The notes below the pieces were generated by a model. The model made no database searches. It saw only the letters and a list, made by a program, of their open reading frames with translations, and was not told the DNA's origin. A stretch of DNA of 32,000 nt, from NCBI RefSeq assembly GCF_944388145.1, contig NZ_CALXHQ010000003.1; one strand, given 5' to 3'. This document shows, piece by piece, positions 17,007 to 26,230 of this stretch; the stretch's first letter is position 1; each line of letters starts with the position of its first letter. Source of the stretch: an uncultured Gemmiger sp. (GTDB lineage: Bacteria; Bacillota; Clostridia; Oscillospirales; Ruminococcaceae). Both the position numbers and the translations under genes were made by a program.

Positions 17007-19606
17007 TGGGGTTCACCTCCGTTGGGGGCCTGGGTGGCGGCTTGCGCCACCTGCGGCTGCCAGTCTGCCATCCGCCAGGTCTCGCCGTAATCATTGGTGC
17101 AGATGCCAAAGTCATTCTCCAGGCTGTTGCTGCCGTTGGGCGCGCAGCGCACCCATACACCGCCGGGCGTATCCGGGTCCAGCCAGAGGCTGCAGGTATG
17201 GATACCGGTGCGGCTTTCAGGCAGCTGGCTTTCCAGTGCCGTCAGGTCCAGCGGCTGCCAGCTGGCACCGCCGTCCACTGTGCGCCACAGTGAAAAGTGG
17301 GTATAGGAAGTATGCGGCGCCCAGAAGCCCACGTTCTCATTCAGCCACAAAAACGGCTGCAAATGCCAGGCGCCGCGCTCGGCATCGGCGGGCAGACTGT
17401 GGCGTCCGGTCAGCTGCCAGGTGGCACCGCCGTCGGTGGTGCGCAGCACCGCGCAGTCATCATCGGTCCAGTAGCGCAGGCTGCCATCCCCCAGCGCCGC
17501 ATCACCGTCCGTTCCCAGCCGCACCACCAGAAAGCCGGTGCTGTCGCTGACCATCTGGTAGTTGGTGATGGCAAAAGGTTCCTGCCCCAGGGCCGGGGTC
17601 AGGTCGGCATGCTGTTCCTGCCAGTTGGCGCCGCCGTCCAGCGTGGTGTACAACGCCACGCCGCCCGGCTCAGTCGCCGCGTACCCGGTGCGGCCGATGT
17701 CCGGCACGGTGTAATCGTCCATCTGCCAGTAGGGCAGGCCGGCCAGCGCTGCAGGTGGGTCCACCGACAGCGAAGTGGGCCAACCGATCAGCCCCGGCCA
17801 AACCTCCTGCGTGCCGCCGTGGTCAGGGGCCGGCGTGGATGTGGGCGCAGGCTGGTTGAGCGTGTCCAGGCTGTTGGGGGTGTGTTCCACCGTCAGCATG
17901 GCCTGCCCGTCCGCCGCGTCCGCAATGCAGCGCACCAGTGTTGCAGGGTTGGTCAGGATGGCGTCCACCGCGTCCTCCCCGTACCAGATCGTCTCGGCGG
18001 TGCCGCCGGCGGTCTCGGCCGTCTCGGTGCGGCCGGCAAAGCCTGCGCCGCTTTCGGTGTAGCACTCCCGCAGTCTTTCCCGGAAATTCTGGCGCTGCTG
18101 CTCTGTCATAGCCTCGCCCAGCGTCTGGGTCCCGGCCCAGACCGCCGCATAATTGCCGGTCAGGTCCTCCCGATGTGCCCGGTACTCGGCAGAAGAAGTC
18201 AGCACGTCGAAGGTTGTGACGTAGGTAAACTCCGGCAGCGGCTCGCCCAGCCGGGCGGTAACGGCGTCGATCACCGCATCCTGTTCCTCTGCCGGGAACA
18301 GCCCAGACACGCCCCACAACTGCCCTTGAGAATTAAAGCGCAGGTTCAACTCCTGCATTTGGCAGCCGAACAGCGCGGCGTCCCGCAGCTGCAGGGTGTC
18401 CCCGCCGTCGGTGTAGGGGGTGCCGGCGGCGTCCAAGTCCGCCTTGGCGGCGCTGTATGTGGTGGTCCAGGGGTATTCCGGCGCCTGGAGCATCTGCGTA
18501 TCCACAGGGTTTGCAGCCTGGCAGGCCACCAACCCACCGGCCAGCAGGGCAACCAGTGCCAGCCCCGCCAACACAACCCGGCCCCGGCGTTTGGGGGTCA
18601 GGTCCCACAGCTGGCGCAGGCGGTCGGCCCAGTCCCTGCGGGTCAGAGCAAAGCCGGTGGTCAGTGCCGGGGTGCGGCCCATGCGGGCGGCATGGAGCAG
18701 TGCATCGCTGTACGCTGCGCGGAAGGTGCTGCCCTGTCCCGCCACGACCTGCTCGTCACAGGCGGCCTCAATGTCCCGCCCCGCCCGCCGGGCCAGCAGC
18801 CAGAGCACCGGGTTGTACCAGTGCAGCGCACAGGCGGCCGTCAGCAGCAGCTTGAAGGCCAGATCATGCCGGCGCAGATGGGTCAGCTCGTGGGTCAGCA
18901 TCAGGGCGGAATCCACGGGGGCATGGTCTGCCTGCGGCACCAGCAGCACCGGCCGCAGGATACCCGCTGTCACCGGGCCGCGCACTGAGGCACTGGCCAG
19001 CAAACGGGGCCGGCGACGCAGCGGCACGGCGGCTTGGGCGTCATCCAGCGCCTGCTGCCAGTCAGGCCCGGCCGGGACCGCCTGCCCCACTGTGCGCCGC
19101 CGCCAAAGCAGATAGGCTGCCCCCTGCCACAACAGCACCGCGGCCGCACCGGTCAGCCACATGGCGGTCAAAACTTCCAGCCAGGACAGCGCCGGCGCGG
19201 CCGGACCGGATGTTCCCCGCCCATCCGCCTGCAAGGGCTCGGGCGCCTGTGCCGGCGCGCTGTCCGCCGCCGGCGGCTGCACCGTGTCCGGCAGCTGCGC
19301 CGGGGCCGCTGCGGACAAGGCGGGCTGCTCGCCCAAGCCCTGCTGCGGCGGAGTCTCCGTCTGTGCCGTCTGCACTGCCGCCGTCCAGGCAGCCGGCAGC
19401 GTTACCCGGGCGGCGGGCACGGCAGGCAGCGCCAGGCGCAGAGGCAGCACAAACAGCACCGCCAGGGCCAGCCAAAGCCGGCACAGCCAGCGCGCGCCGT
19501 ACCGCCGGCGCAGGCGGCGGGCAAGCGCCAGCAGCACCAGCGCCGCGCACCCCAGCGGGATGCCCTGCGCCGCAAAGGCAAGCATCCAATCGACAAAGGC
19601 AGACAC
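17003..19606 (-). CDS. BlaR1-like M56-family membrane zinc metalloprotease / signal transducer with a C-terminal Asp-box (BNR) beta-propeller-like domain
   Basis: HELTHLRRHD (HExxH at about 18878-18892) followed by EAACDE. Four or more TM segments. C-terminal repeats TLDGGANWQ, TTDGGATWQ, TVDGGASWQ, NDYGETW. The preferred start is GTG 19606, 7 nt after GGAGGTGA; the longest ORF starts at TTG 19660. Confidence 0.85.
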   Translation of the reverse strand: MSAFVDWMLAFAAQGIPLGCAALVLLALARRLRRRYGARWLCRLWLALAVLFVLPLRLALPAVPAARVTLPAAWTAAVQTAQTETPPQQGLGEQPALSAAAPAQLPDTVQPPAADSAPAQAPEPLQADGRGTSGPAAPALSWLEVLTAMWLTGAAAVLLWQGAAYLLWRRRTVGQAVPAGPDWQQALDDAQAAVPLRRRPRLLASASVRGPVTAGILRPVLLVPQADHAPVDSALMLTHELTHLRRHDLAFKLLLTAACALHWYNPVLWLLARRAGRDIEAACDEQVVAGQGSTFRAAYSDALLHAARMGRTPALTTGFALTRRDWADRLRQLWDLTPKRRGRVVLAGLALVALLAGGLVACQAANPVDTQMLQAPEYPWTTTYSAAKADLDAAGTPYTDGGDTLQLRDAALFGCQMQELNLRFNSQGQLWGVSGLFPAEEQDAVIDAVTARLGEPLPEFTYVTTFDVLTSSAEYRAHREDLTGNYAAVWAGTQTLGEAMTEQQRQNFRERLRECYTESGAGFAGRTETAETAGGTAETIWYGEDAVDAILTNPATLVRCIADAADGQAMLTVEHTPNSLDTLNQPAPTSTPAPDHGGTQEVWPGLIGWPTSLSVDPPAALAGLPYWQMDDYTVPDIGRTGYAATEPGGVALYTTLDGGANWQEQHADLTPALGQEPFAITNYQMVSDSTGFLVVRLGTDGDAALGDGSLRYWTDDDCAVLRTTDGGATWQLTGRHSLPADAERGAWHLQPFLWLNENVGFWAPHTSYTHFSLWRTVDGGASWQPLDLTALESQLPESRTGIHTCSLWLDPDTPGGVWVRCAPNGSNSLENDFGICTNDYGETWRMADWQPQVAQAATQAPNGGEPQ

Positions 19607-19720
19607 AAGATCACCTCCAGATTCAGTGGCCGGAACGGCAGGATCTGTTATGTCTGCCAAGCCGGCCGCGGCGTTTGCCGCCGCATTAATTTTACGGTTG
19701 TAGAATATTCCCGTGTCTTT

Positions 19721-19749
19721 ATACTACACTTGTAGTACAACCTTGTCAA
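19721..19749 (-). promoter_or_regulatory. Promoter of the blaR1/blaI-like operon with an overlapping TACA/TGTA-type operator palindrome
   Basis: On the minus strand: TTGACA (19749-19744), a 17-nt spacer, then TAGTAT (19726-19721). A perfect inverted repeat TACTACA-CT-TGTAGTA at 19722-19737 overlaps the spacer and -10. Outer arms are GGTTGTA (19696-19702) / TACAACC (19736-19742). Confidence 0.7.
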
Positions 19750-19788
19750 GGCAGCATTTTTACCAAGAAAGCCAGTTCAAATTGGTGT

Positions 19789-19823
19789 AAAAAACCGGTG
19801 CGCCGCCTGCGCGGCACACCGGT
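19789..19823 (-). terminator. Intrinsic terminator at the end of the his operon
   Basis: Hairpin CCGGTGCGCCGC / GCGGCACACCGG (one mismatch), followed on the minus strand by TTTTTT (A-run 19789-19794 on plus). Confidence 0.75.
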
Positions 19824-19846
19824 GGTTTGTTGTATGGTCAAAGCCC

Positions 19847-20674
19847 TTACAGTTCACAGGGGGTAAAGCCTTCCTTGCCCAGGACCTGCACTTTTGAATA
19901 GCCCAGGGCCTTCAGCTGGGCAGCGGCCTCCTCAAAGCCGAAGGTCAGCTTGTCGGCAGCGTGGGCATCGGCCGTGATGACCACATTGCCGCTGAGGGCC
20001 AGCCACTCCTTCAAAATTGCCTCGGAGGGGAAGAAATCCTCCCGGAAGCCGCGGGCCACGCCGCTGGTGTTGACCTCCAGCACACAGCGGTTTCGGGCGG
20101 CGGCAGCCAGCGCGTCGCTGGCGGCCTTCTGGTAGCGGGGGGCCTGCTCGTCAAAGAACCGGCCGTCCTTGTTGATCTTTTTGATCAGGTCAAAGTGGCC
20201 CAGGATGGTGGGGCGCATGGCCGCCAGCTGTTTGACATTGTCAAAATAGGCCTCCACAGCAGCCAGGCCGTCGCCGTCAAACTCGTTGTTGATGCAGTCG
20301 GCCAGGTCGCTGGGGCGCCAGTCAATCTCGTAATATTTGCCGGTTTTGGGGCCGTGGATGTAATGGGTGGAGCCGATCCAGTAGTCATACTTGGACGGGT
20401 CGTCATCTGAATACAGGTCCCATTCCAAACCGTACAGGATATCCAGCTTGCCCTCGTACTGCTTTTTCAGCTTGGCGATGTCACCCTTATAGCGGGCGGT
20501 GCGGCTGGGGCTCATGCAATATTCCAGGTCACAGGGGGTATGGCTGTGGCCGGTAAAGCCCAGTGTTTTCAGCCCCATGTGCCAGGCGGTAACCGCCAGT
20601 TCTTCCAGTGTATTCTTGCCGTCACACAGCTTCGAGTGCACATGCACCGAGCTGAGCATGTATTCGCCTGCCAT
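19847..20674 (-). CDS. hisJ: Histidinol-phosphatase, PHP family
   Basis: 275 aa, ...HVHSKLCDGKNT...GFTGHSH...GHFD..., PHP-domain His/Asp motifs. The start overlaps the hisIE stop (TAATG). Confidence 0.88.
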   Translation of the reverse strand: MAGEYMLSSVHVHSKLCDGKNTLEELAVTAWHMGLKTLGFTGHSHTPCDLEYCMSPSRTARYKGDIAKLKKQYEGKLDILYGLEWDLYSDDDPSKYDYWIGSTHYIHGPKTGKYYEIDWRPSDLADCINNEFDGDGLAAVEAYFDNVKQLAAMRPTILGHFDLIKKINKDGRFFDEQAPRYQKAASDALAAAARNRCVLEVNTSGVARGFREDFFPSEAILKEWLALSGNVVITADAHAADKLTFGFEEAAAQLKALGYSKVQVLGKEGFTPCEL

Positions 20675-21330
20675 TACTGCATCCTCTCCTGCTTGACTTT
20701 GTGGTCGATGACGTGTCGTTTTTCCAGTTCCCGGGTGATATCCTCCACCGAGATACCCAGTTCGATCATCAAAACCAGCACATGGTAGGCCAGGTCGCTG
20801 ATCTCAAAGATGGTCTCGGCTTTGTCCTGCTTCATGCCGGCGATGACCACCTCGGTGCTCTCCTCGCCGACCTTTTTCAAAATCTTTTCCAGGCCCTTGT
20901 CGAACAGGTAGCTGGTGTAGCTGCCCTCCTTGGGGTCGGTCTTGCGGCCCTGGATCAGCTCATACAATTCCTGCCAGGTGAACTGCTTCAGCTCCTCGGA
21001 CACATAGACCGGGTTGAAAAAGCAGCTCTCGGCGCCGGTGTGGCAGGCGGGGCCGTCCTTGACCACCTCCACCACCAGGGCGTCCTTGTCGCAGTCTGCG
21101 GTGATAGACACCACGCGCTGCACATTGCCGGAAGTTTCGCCCTTGCGCCAGATTTCCTGGCGGCTACGGCTGTAAAAGACGGTGCGGCCCTCGGCGATGG
21201 TCAGGGCCAGCGTCTCGGCGTTCATGTAAGCCAGGGTCAGCACCTCGCGGGTATAATGGTCCTGCACAATGGCAGGGATCAGACCGTGGGCGTCAAATTT
21301 CAGGGTCTTTTGGGTATCGGGATATTGCAT
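20674..21330 (-). CDS. hisIE: Bifunctional phosphoribosyl-AMP cyclohydrolase / phosphoribosyl-ATP pyrophosphatase
   Basis: ATG 21330 after AAGGAG. ...GLIPAIVQD...[11 protein letters not shown]...[16 protein letters not shown]...DCDKDAL (HisI), then ...SYTSYLF...[13 protein letters not shown] (HisE). Confidence 0.92.
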   Translation of the reverse strand: MQYPDTQKTLKFDAHGLIPAIVQDHYTREVLTLAYMNAETLALTIAEGRTVFYSRSRQEIWRKGETSGNVQRVVSITADCDKDALVVEVVKDGPACHTGAESCFFNPVYVSEELKQFTWQELYELIQGRKTDPKEGSYTSYLFDKGLEKILKKVGEESTEVVIAGMKQDKAETIFEISDLAYHVLVLMIELGISVEDITRELEKRHVIDHKVKQERMQ

Positions 21331-21422
21331 GGTCGATCGCTCCTTGTCAGAAACGCAGCCTATTCTTCCCCACTGCACCGATACCAGGCGCACCGGGCGG
21401 CGAAAAGAATAAGATACTTATT

Positions 21423-21451
21423 AGTTTACCTTGTCACAGCACATTTTGCAA
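21423..21451 (-). promoter_or_regulatory. Possible internal promoter in the hisF-hisIE gap
   Basis: On the minus strand: TTGCAA (21451-21446), a 17-nt spacer, then TAAACT (21428-21423). Confidence 0.3.
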
Positions 21452-21517
21452 CGGGTGTCAGGGGAAAATTTTTGTAAAGAACGGCAAATATACACTGCAT
21501 TCGGCTGGCTTTGCCGG

Positions 21518-22276
21518 TCAGATGCGCATCTCAACGCCGTTTTGCCGCAGGTATCGCTTCAGGTCGCGGATATCCACCTGGCGGGTATGGAAGATGCTGG
21601 CGGCCAGGCCCGCGTCCACCCCCGGATGGCCCTTGAACAGGGTGAGGAAGTCCTCCATGCAGCCCGCACCGCCGGAGGCAATGATGGGCACGGCGCAGCG
21701 CTTTGCCACCGCGTCCAGCAGTTCCAGGTCGAAGCCGTTTTTGACGCCGTCGGTATCGATGGAGTTGACCACCAGCTCGCCGGCACCGTTTTTGACCCCC
21801 TGTTCCAGCCAGTCCAGCGCGTCGATGCCGGTATTTTCCCGGCCGCCCTTGGCGAACAGCATGAATCTGCCGTCCACCCGCTTGATGTCCGCCGACAGCA
21901 CCACGCACTGGTCGCCGTACTTCTGCGCGGCGGCCGGGATGATGCCCGGGTTTGCGATGGCGCCGGAGTTGACGCTGACCTTGTCGGCGCCGCATTTCAG
22001 CACCCGGTCAAAGTCCTCCAGCGTGCGGATGCCGCCGCCCACCGTCAGCGGGATGAAAATTTCGGCAGCCACCCGGCGCAGGATGTCGGTGAACAGGGTA
22101 CGGCCCTCCACGCTGGCGGTGATGTCGTAGAAGACCAGCTCATCGGCGCCGGACTCGTTGTACCAGCGGGCCATCTCGACCGGGTCGGCCAGATCGCGCA
22201 GGCCCTCGAAGTTGACCCCCTTGACCACCCGGCCGTCCTTCACGTCCAGGCAGGGGATGATGCGTTTGGTGATCAT
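21518..22276 (-). CDS. hisF: Imidazole glycerol phosphate synthase, cyclase subunit
   Basis: 252 aa, MITKRIIPCLDVKDGRVVKG...DELVFYDITAS..., a canonical HisF. Confidence 0.96.
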   Translation of the reverse strand: MITKRIIPCLDVKDGRVVKGVNFEGLRDLADPVEMARWYNESGADELVFYDITASVEGRTLFTDILRRVAAEIFIPLTVGGGIRTLEDFDRVLKCGADKVSVNSGAIANPGIIPAAAQKYGDQCVVLSADIKRVDGRFMLFAKGGRENTGIDALDWLEQGVKNGAGELVVNSIDTDGVKNGFDLELLDAVAKRCAVPIIASGGAGCMEDFLTLFKGHPGVDAGLAASIFHTRQVDIRDLKRYLRQNGVEMRI

Positions 22277-22300
22277 GGCGCGCTCCTTTCTGTTCTGCCG

Positions 22301-23017
22301 TCACTGGGGGAAGCGGCGGACCGCTTCGGCCAGGTCGATAGCGCCGGTGTAGACCGATTTGCCCAAAATGGCCGCGTGGCAGCCCATGGCTGCCAGGGCG
22401 TCCAGCTCCGCCATGGCGGCGATGCCGCCGGAGGCGGTGATCTCCACGCCGGGGATCTGCAACAGCCGGCGGTACAGGTCCAGGTTGGTGCCCTGCATGG
22501 TACCGTCGCGGGAGATGTCGGTGGCAATGATGGCCTGCACGCCGGCATCCGCCAGGCGGCGGCAGAAGTCGATGCCGGGTTCGGGGGTGACTTCCCGCCA
22601 GCCGGCCACGGCCACAAAGCCGTCCTTCATGTCCACGCCCACCGCGATGCGGCTGCCGTAGGTTTTTGCTATGCGGGCGGTGAAATCAAAATCCCGCACC
22701 GCGACGGTGCCCAGGATGCAGCGCCCCACCCCCATATCCAGGTAGCGGCGGATGCGGGCTTCGTCCCGGATGCCGCCGCCCACCTCGATGTACAGGCCGC
22801 CCACAGCCGCGATGGCCGCCACCGCGGGCAGGTTGGCGGTGTCGTCGTCCTTCGCGCCGTCCAGGTCGACGACGTGCAGGTATTTCGCGCCCGCGTCCCG
22901 GAAGGCCTTTGCCTGGGCGGCGGGGTCATCGTTGTAGACGGTCATCTGATCGTAATCGCCCTGGTACAGCCGCACGGCCTTGCCGCCGCGCAGGTCAATG
23001 GCGGGGAACAGTTTCAT
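22301..23017 (-). CDS. hisA: ProFAR isomerase
   Basis: 238 aa, MKLFPAIDLRGGKAVRLYQGDY...LHVVDLDGA...EVGGGIR..., a canonical HisA. Confidence 0.95.
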   Translation of the reverse strand: MKLFPAIDLRGGKAVRLYQGDYDQMTVYNDDPAAQAKAFRDAGAKYLHVVDLDGAKDDDTANLPAVAAIAAVGGLYIEVGGGIRDEARIRRYLDMGVGRCILGTVAVRDFDFTARIAKTYGSRIAVGVDMKDGFVAVAGWREVTPEPGIDFCRRLADAGVQAIIATDISRDGTMQGTNLDLYRRLLQIPGVEITASGGIAAMAELDALAAMGCHAAILGKSVYTGAIDLAEAVRRFPQ

Positions 23018-23081
23018 GGTTTTCCCTTCCCTCCCTTGGAATTTGTGCCGCGCCGCCTTGTTTGCGGGCGGCTTTGTGCGC

Positions 23082-23702
23082 TCACCCCAGCTCGGCGAAG
23101 GCTTTCAGCAGCCGCAGGCCGGTGTCGCCGGACTTTTCGGGGTGGAACTGGGTGCCGTAGACAAGGCCGTTGCGCACCGCGCCGGTGACGGGGATGCTGT
23201 ACTCGCTGGTGGCCAGCGTGTTGGCGGCGCAGTTCTTGGCGTAATAGCTGTGGACGTAATAGACATACTCACCGGGTTTGACATAGCGGAACAGCGGGTC
23301 GTCCTCCCGACCGGGGGTGATGTCCAGCGCGTTCCAGCCGATGTGCGGCACCTTGAGGGCGGGGTCCTTCAGGTCATCGGCCAGCGGGCAGACCTGGCCG
23401 GGCACCAGGCCCAGGCCGGGGTGCTCGCCGTACTCGTAGCTTTTGTCAAACAGCAGCTGCATGCCCAAGCAGATGCCCAGCAATGGCTTTTTTTGACATT
23501 CGGTTTTGATGACCGGCACCAGGCCGGTGGCAGCCAGCTTGTCCATGGCATCGGCAAAGGCGCCCACGCCGGGCAGCACGATGTGCGTGGCGGCGCACAG
23601 CCGGTCGGCATCGCGGGTGACCTCCACTTCCAGGCCCAGGCTTTTCAGGCTGGACGAAAGGCTGAACAGGTTGCCCACACCGTAATCCACAATGGCGATC
23701 AT
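23082..23702 (-). CDS. hisH: Imidazole glycerol phosphate synthase, glutaminase subunit
   Basis: 206 aa, MIAIVDYGVGNLFS...VLPGVGAF...GICLGMQLL...FHPEKS, the class I amidotransferase triad. Confidence 0.95.
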   Translation of the reverse strand: MIAIVDYGVGNLFSLSSSLKSLGLEVEVTRDADRLCAATHIVLPGVGAFADAMDKLAATGLVPVIKTECQKKPLLGICLGMQLLFDKSYEYGEHPGLGLVPGQVCPLADDLKDPALKVPHIGWNALDITPGREDDPLFRYVKPGEYVYYVHSYYAKNCAANTLATSEYSIPVTGAVRNGLVYGTQFHPEKSGDTGLRLLKAFAELG

Positions 23703-23867
23703 AATGGTTCCCTCCCCGGATATGTTATGGCCGGTAAAACCGGTCGATTGCCCACTTTTGCGGGTTCGTGCAAATGTAGTTTGCGATGCGCAGATAATCG
23801 GCTTCGCCGCGGATTACATGATCGCAGAAAGAGCGCCGGAACAGCGGCCATCCGCTTTGGATGCGGG

Positions 23868-24947
23868 TCATTGCCCCAGAATTTCCTCCAGCGCTGCGAA
23901 AAAGCCCTGCATCTGCTCGGGCGAACCGATGGTGATGCGCAGCCAGTCGGACAGGCGCGGGGTGTCGAAATGCCGCACCAGCACGCCGTTTTCCTTCAGG
24001 CGGCGGTAAAGCGTGCCGCCCGGCATCCGCGGGGTGCGGGCAAAGACAAAGTTTGCGCTGGAATCCAGCACGGTGAAGCCCATCTGCCGCAGCCTTGCGG
24101 TGGCATCGGCGCGGGTGGCGCGGATGGCGGCACAGTTTTTTTCAAAATACGCCGGGTCGGCCAGGGCGGCAACTCCCGCGGCCTCGGTCATGCGGTTGAC
24201 GTTGTAGGGGTTCATGCTGTACTTGACCCGTTTCAGGTCGGCAATCAGCGGCTCCGGGGCAATGCACAGCCCCAGCCGCCCGCCCGCCAGGCTGCGGGAC
24301 TTGGAGAAGGTCTGCACCACCATCAGATTGGCGGGCTCCCCCTTTCGCACAAAGGGCACGCAGCTCTCGCCGCCGAAATCCACATAGGCCTCGTCCACAA
24401 TGACGACGGCGTCCGGGTTATGCCGGGCAATCTCGGCCAGCGCCGCGGTGGGCAGGGCCAGGCCGGTGGGCGCGTTTGGGTTGGCGATGACGATGGCCCC
24501 CACGTTTTTGGCGCTGTCCAGGCCGTAGTAGTCCGCTGGGTCTAGTGTGAAATCCTCCCTTAGCGGCAGCACCGCCTGCGGGATGCCGAACAGCTGGCAC
24601 CAGACCGGGTAGAACCCGTAGGTCACATCGGCGAAAGCCAGCGGCCTGTCCTTGGCGCAGAAGGCCCGGATGGCCAGCATCAGGTTCTCGTCGCTGCCGT
24701 TGCCGCAGAGGAGATTTTCTGGCCGGACGCCGAACCATTCGGCGGCGGCCTTGGTCAGCGCCCCGCTCTCGGGGTCAGAATAAAGAGCCAGCTTTTCAGC
24801 CGCCCCGGCCACGGCTGCGGCCACGCCCGGGGCGGGCGGATAGGGGCTTTCGTTGGTGTTCAGCTTGATGTACTGCCGGTTTTGGGGCTGCTCGCCGGGG
24901 GTGTAGGGTTCCAGTGCGCCCAACTCGGGGGTGAAGTAGCGGCTCAT
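23868..24947 (-). CDS. hisC: Histidinol-phosphate aminotransferase
   Basis: 359 aa, ...IKLNTNESPYPP...VVIVDEAYVDF...QTFSKSRSLAGGRLG (PLP-Lys motif). ATGA overlap with hisD. Confidence 0.94.
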   Translation of the reverse strand: MSRYFTPELGALEPYTPGEQPQNRQYIKLNTNESPYPPAPGVAAAVAGAAEKLALYSDPESGALTKAAAEWFGVRPENLLCGNGSDENLMLAIRAFCAKDRPLAFADVTYGFYPVWCQLFGIPQAVLPLREDFTLDPADYYGLDSAKNVGAIVIANPNAPTGLALPTAALAEIARHNPDAVVIVDEAYVDFGGESCVPFVRKGEPANLMVVQTFSKSRSLAGGRLGLCIAPEPLIADLKRVKYSMNPYNVNRMTEAAGVAALADPAYFEKNCAAIRATRADATARLRQMGFTVLDSSANFVFARTPRMPGGTLYRRLKENGVLVRHFDTPRLSDWLRITIGSPEQMQGFFAALEEILGQ

Positions 24948-26230
24948 TGTTCGTCCCCCTCAAACCGGATGGTCACGCTCTTAGCATGGGCGTGCAGGCC
25001 CTCGTGCTCGGCAAAGTCGGCGATGCGGTCCTTGACCTGGCCCAGGGCGTCCCGGGTGTAGTAGATGAAGCTGGACTTTTTGACAAAATCGTCCACACTC
25101 AGCGGGCTGGAGAACCGGGCAGTGCCGCTGGTGGGCAGCGTGTGGTTGGGCCCGGCGAAGTAATCGCCCAGTGCCTCGGGCACGTTGCGGCCCATGAAGA
25201 TGCTGCCGGCGTTTTTGATGCGGCTGAGCACGGCGAAGGGATCGTCCAGGCAGATTTCCAGGTGCTCGGGGGCGATGATGTTCACCGCGTCGATGGCCAG
25301 GTCCAGGTCAGCCGCCACAACGATCTTGCCGTTGGTGTCCACGCTGGCGCGGGCGATTTCGGCGCGGGGCAGCCGGGGGATCTGCGCCTCCAGCTCGGCC
25401 TGCACCGCTTTGGCCAGTTCCATGCTGTCGGTGACCAGCACCGGGCTGGCCAGCTTGTCGTGCTCGGCCTGGCTGAGCAGGTCGGCGGCCACCCAGGCGG
25501 GGTTGCTTTTGCCGTCGGCCAGCACCAGGATCTCGGACGGGCCGGCGATCATGTCGATGCCCACCTTGCCGAACACTTTGCGCTTGGCGGTGGCCACATA
25601 GATGTTGCCGGGGCCGATGATCTTGTCCACGGCGGGGATGCTCTGTGTGCCGTAGGCCAGGGCCGCCACAGCCTGGGCGCCGCCGGTCTTGAAGATCAGG
25701 TCAATCCCCGCGGTGACGGCAGCGGCCAGGATGGCAGGGTTTACCTTGCCGTCGGGACCGGTGGGGGTGGTCATAACAATCTGTTTGACGCCGGCCACCT
25801 TGGCGGGGATCACGTCCATCAGCACGGTGGAGGGGTAGGCCGCGGTGCCGCCGGGTACATAGACGCCCGCCTTCTCGATGGGGGTGTATTTCTGGCCCAG
25901 CAGCACGCCGGGGGCGCGCTCGAATAGGATGTCCTTGTGGGTCTGCTGCTCATGGAAGGCGCGGATGTTGTCGGCGGCCATCTGCAGGGTCTTGATAAAG
26001 TCCGGCTCCATGGCGGCGAAAGCCTCGTCAATTTCGGCCTGACTGACCCGCAGGTCGTCGATCTCGGCGTGGTCAAACTTACGGGCGTAGTCTTTCAGCG
26101 CGTCATCGCCCCGGGTGCGCACATCGGCGATGATGGCGTCCACGGAGGCCTCCACGTCGGCCTCGGCGCGGATGTCCCGGTTGAGGATCTCCTCCGGTTT
26201 CAGGGTGTCAAAGGGAATGATGCGGATCAT
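24944..26230 (-). CDS. hisD: Histidinol dehydrogenase
   Basis: 428 aa, ...GVYVPGGTAAYPSTVLM...IAGPSEILV...SQAEHD...HLEI..., a canonical HisD. ATGA overlap with hisZG. Confidence 0.96.
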   Translation of the reverse strand: MIRIIPFDTLKPEEILNRDIRAEADVEASVDAIIADVRTRGDDALKDYARKFDHAEIDDLRVSQAEIDEAFAAMEPDFIKTLQMAADNIRAFHEQQTHKDILFERAPGVLLGQKYTPIEKAGVYVPGGTAAYPSTVLMDVIPAKVAGVKQIVMTTPTGPDGKVNPAILAAAVTAGIDLIFKTGGAQAVAALAYGTQSIPAVDKIIGPGNIYVATAKRKVFGKVGIDMIAGPSEILVLADGKSNPAWVAADLLSQAEHDKLASPVLVTDSMELAKAVQAELEAQIPRLPRAEIARASVDTNGKIVVAADLDLAIDAVNIIAPEHLEICLDDPFAVLSRIKNAGSIFMGRNVPEALGDYFAGPNHTLPTSGTARFSSPLSVDDFVKKSSFIYYTRDALGQVKDRIADFAEHEGLHAHAKSVTIRFEGDEQ

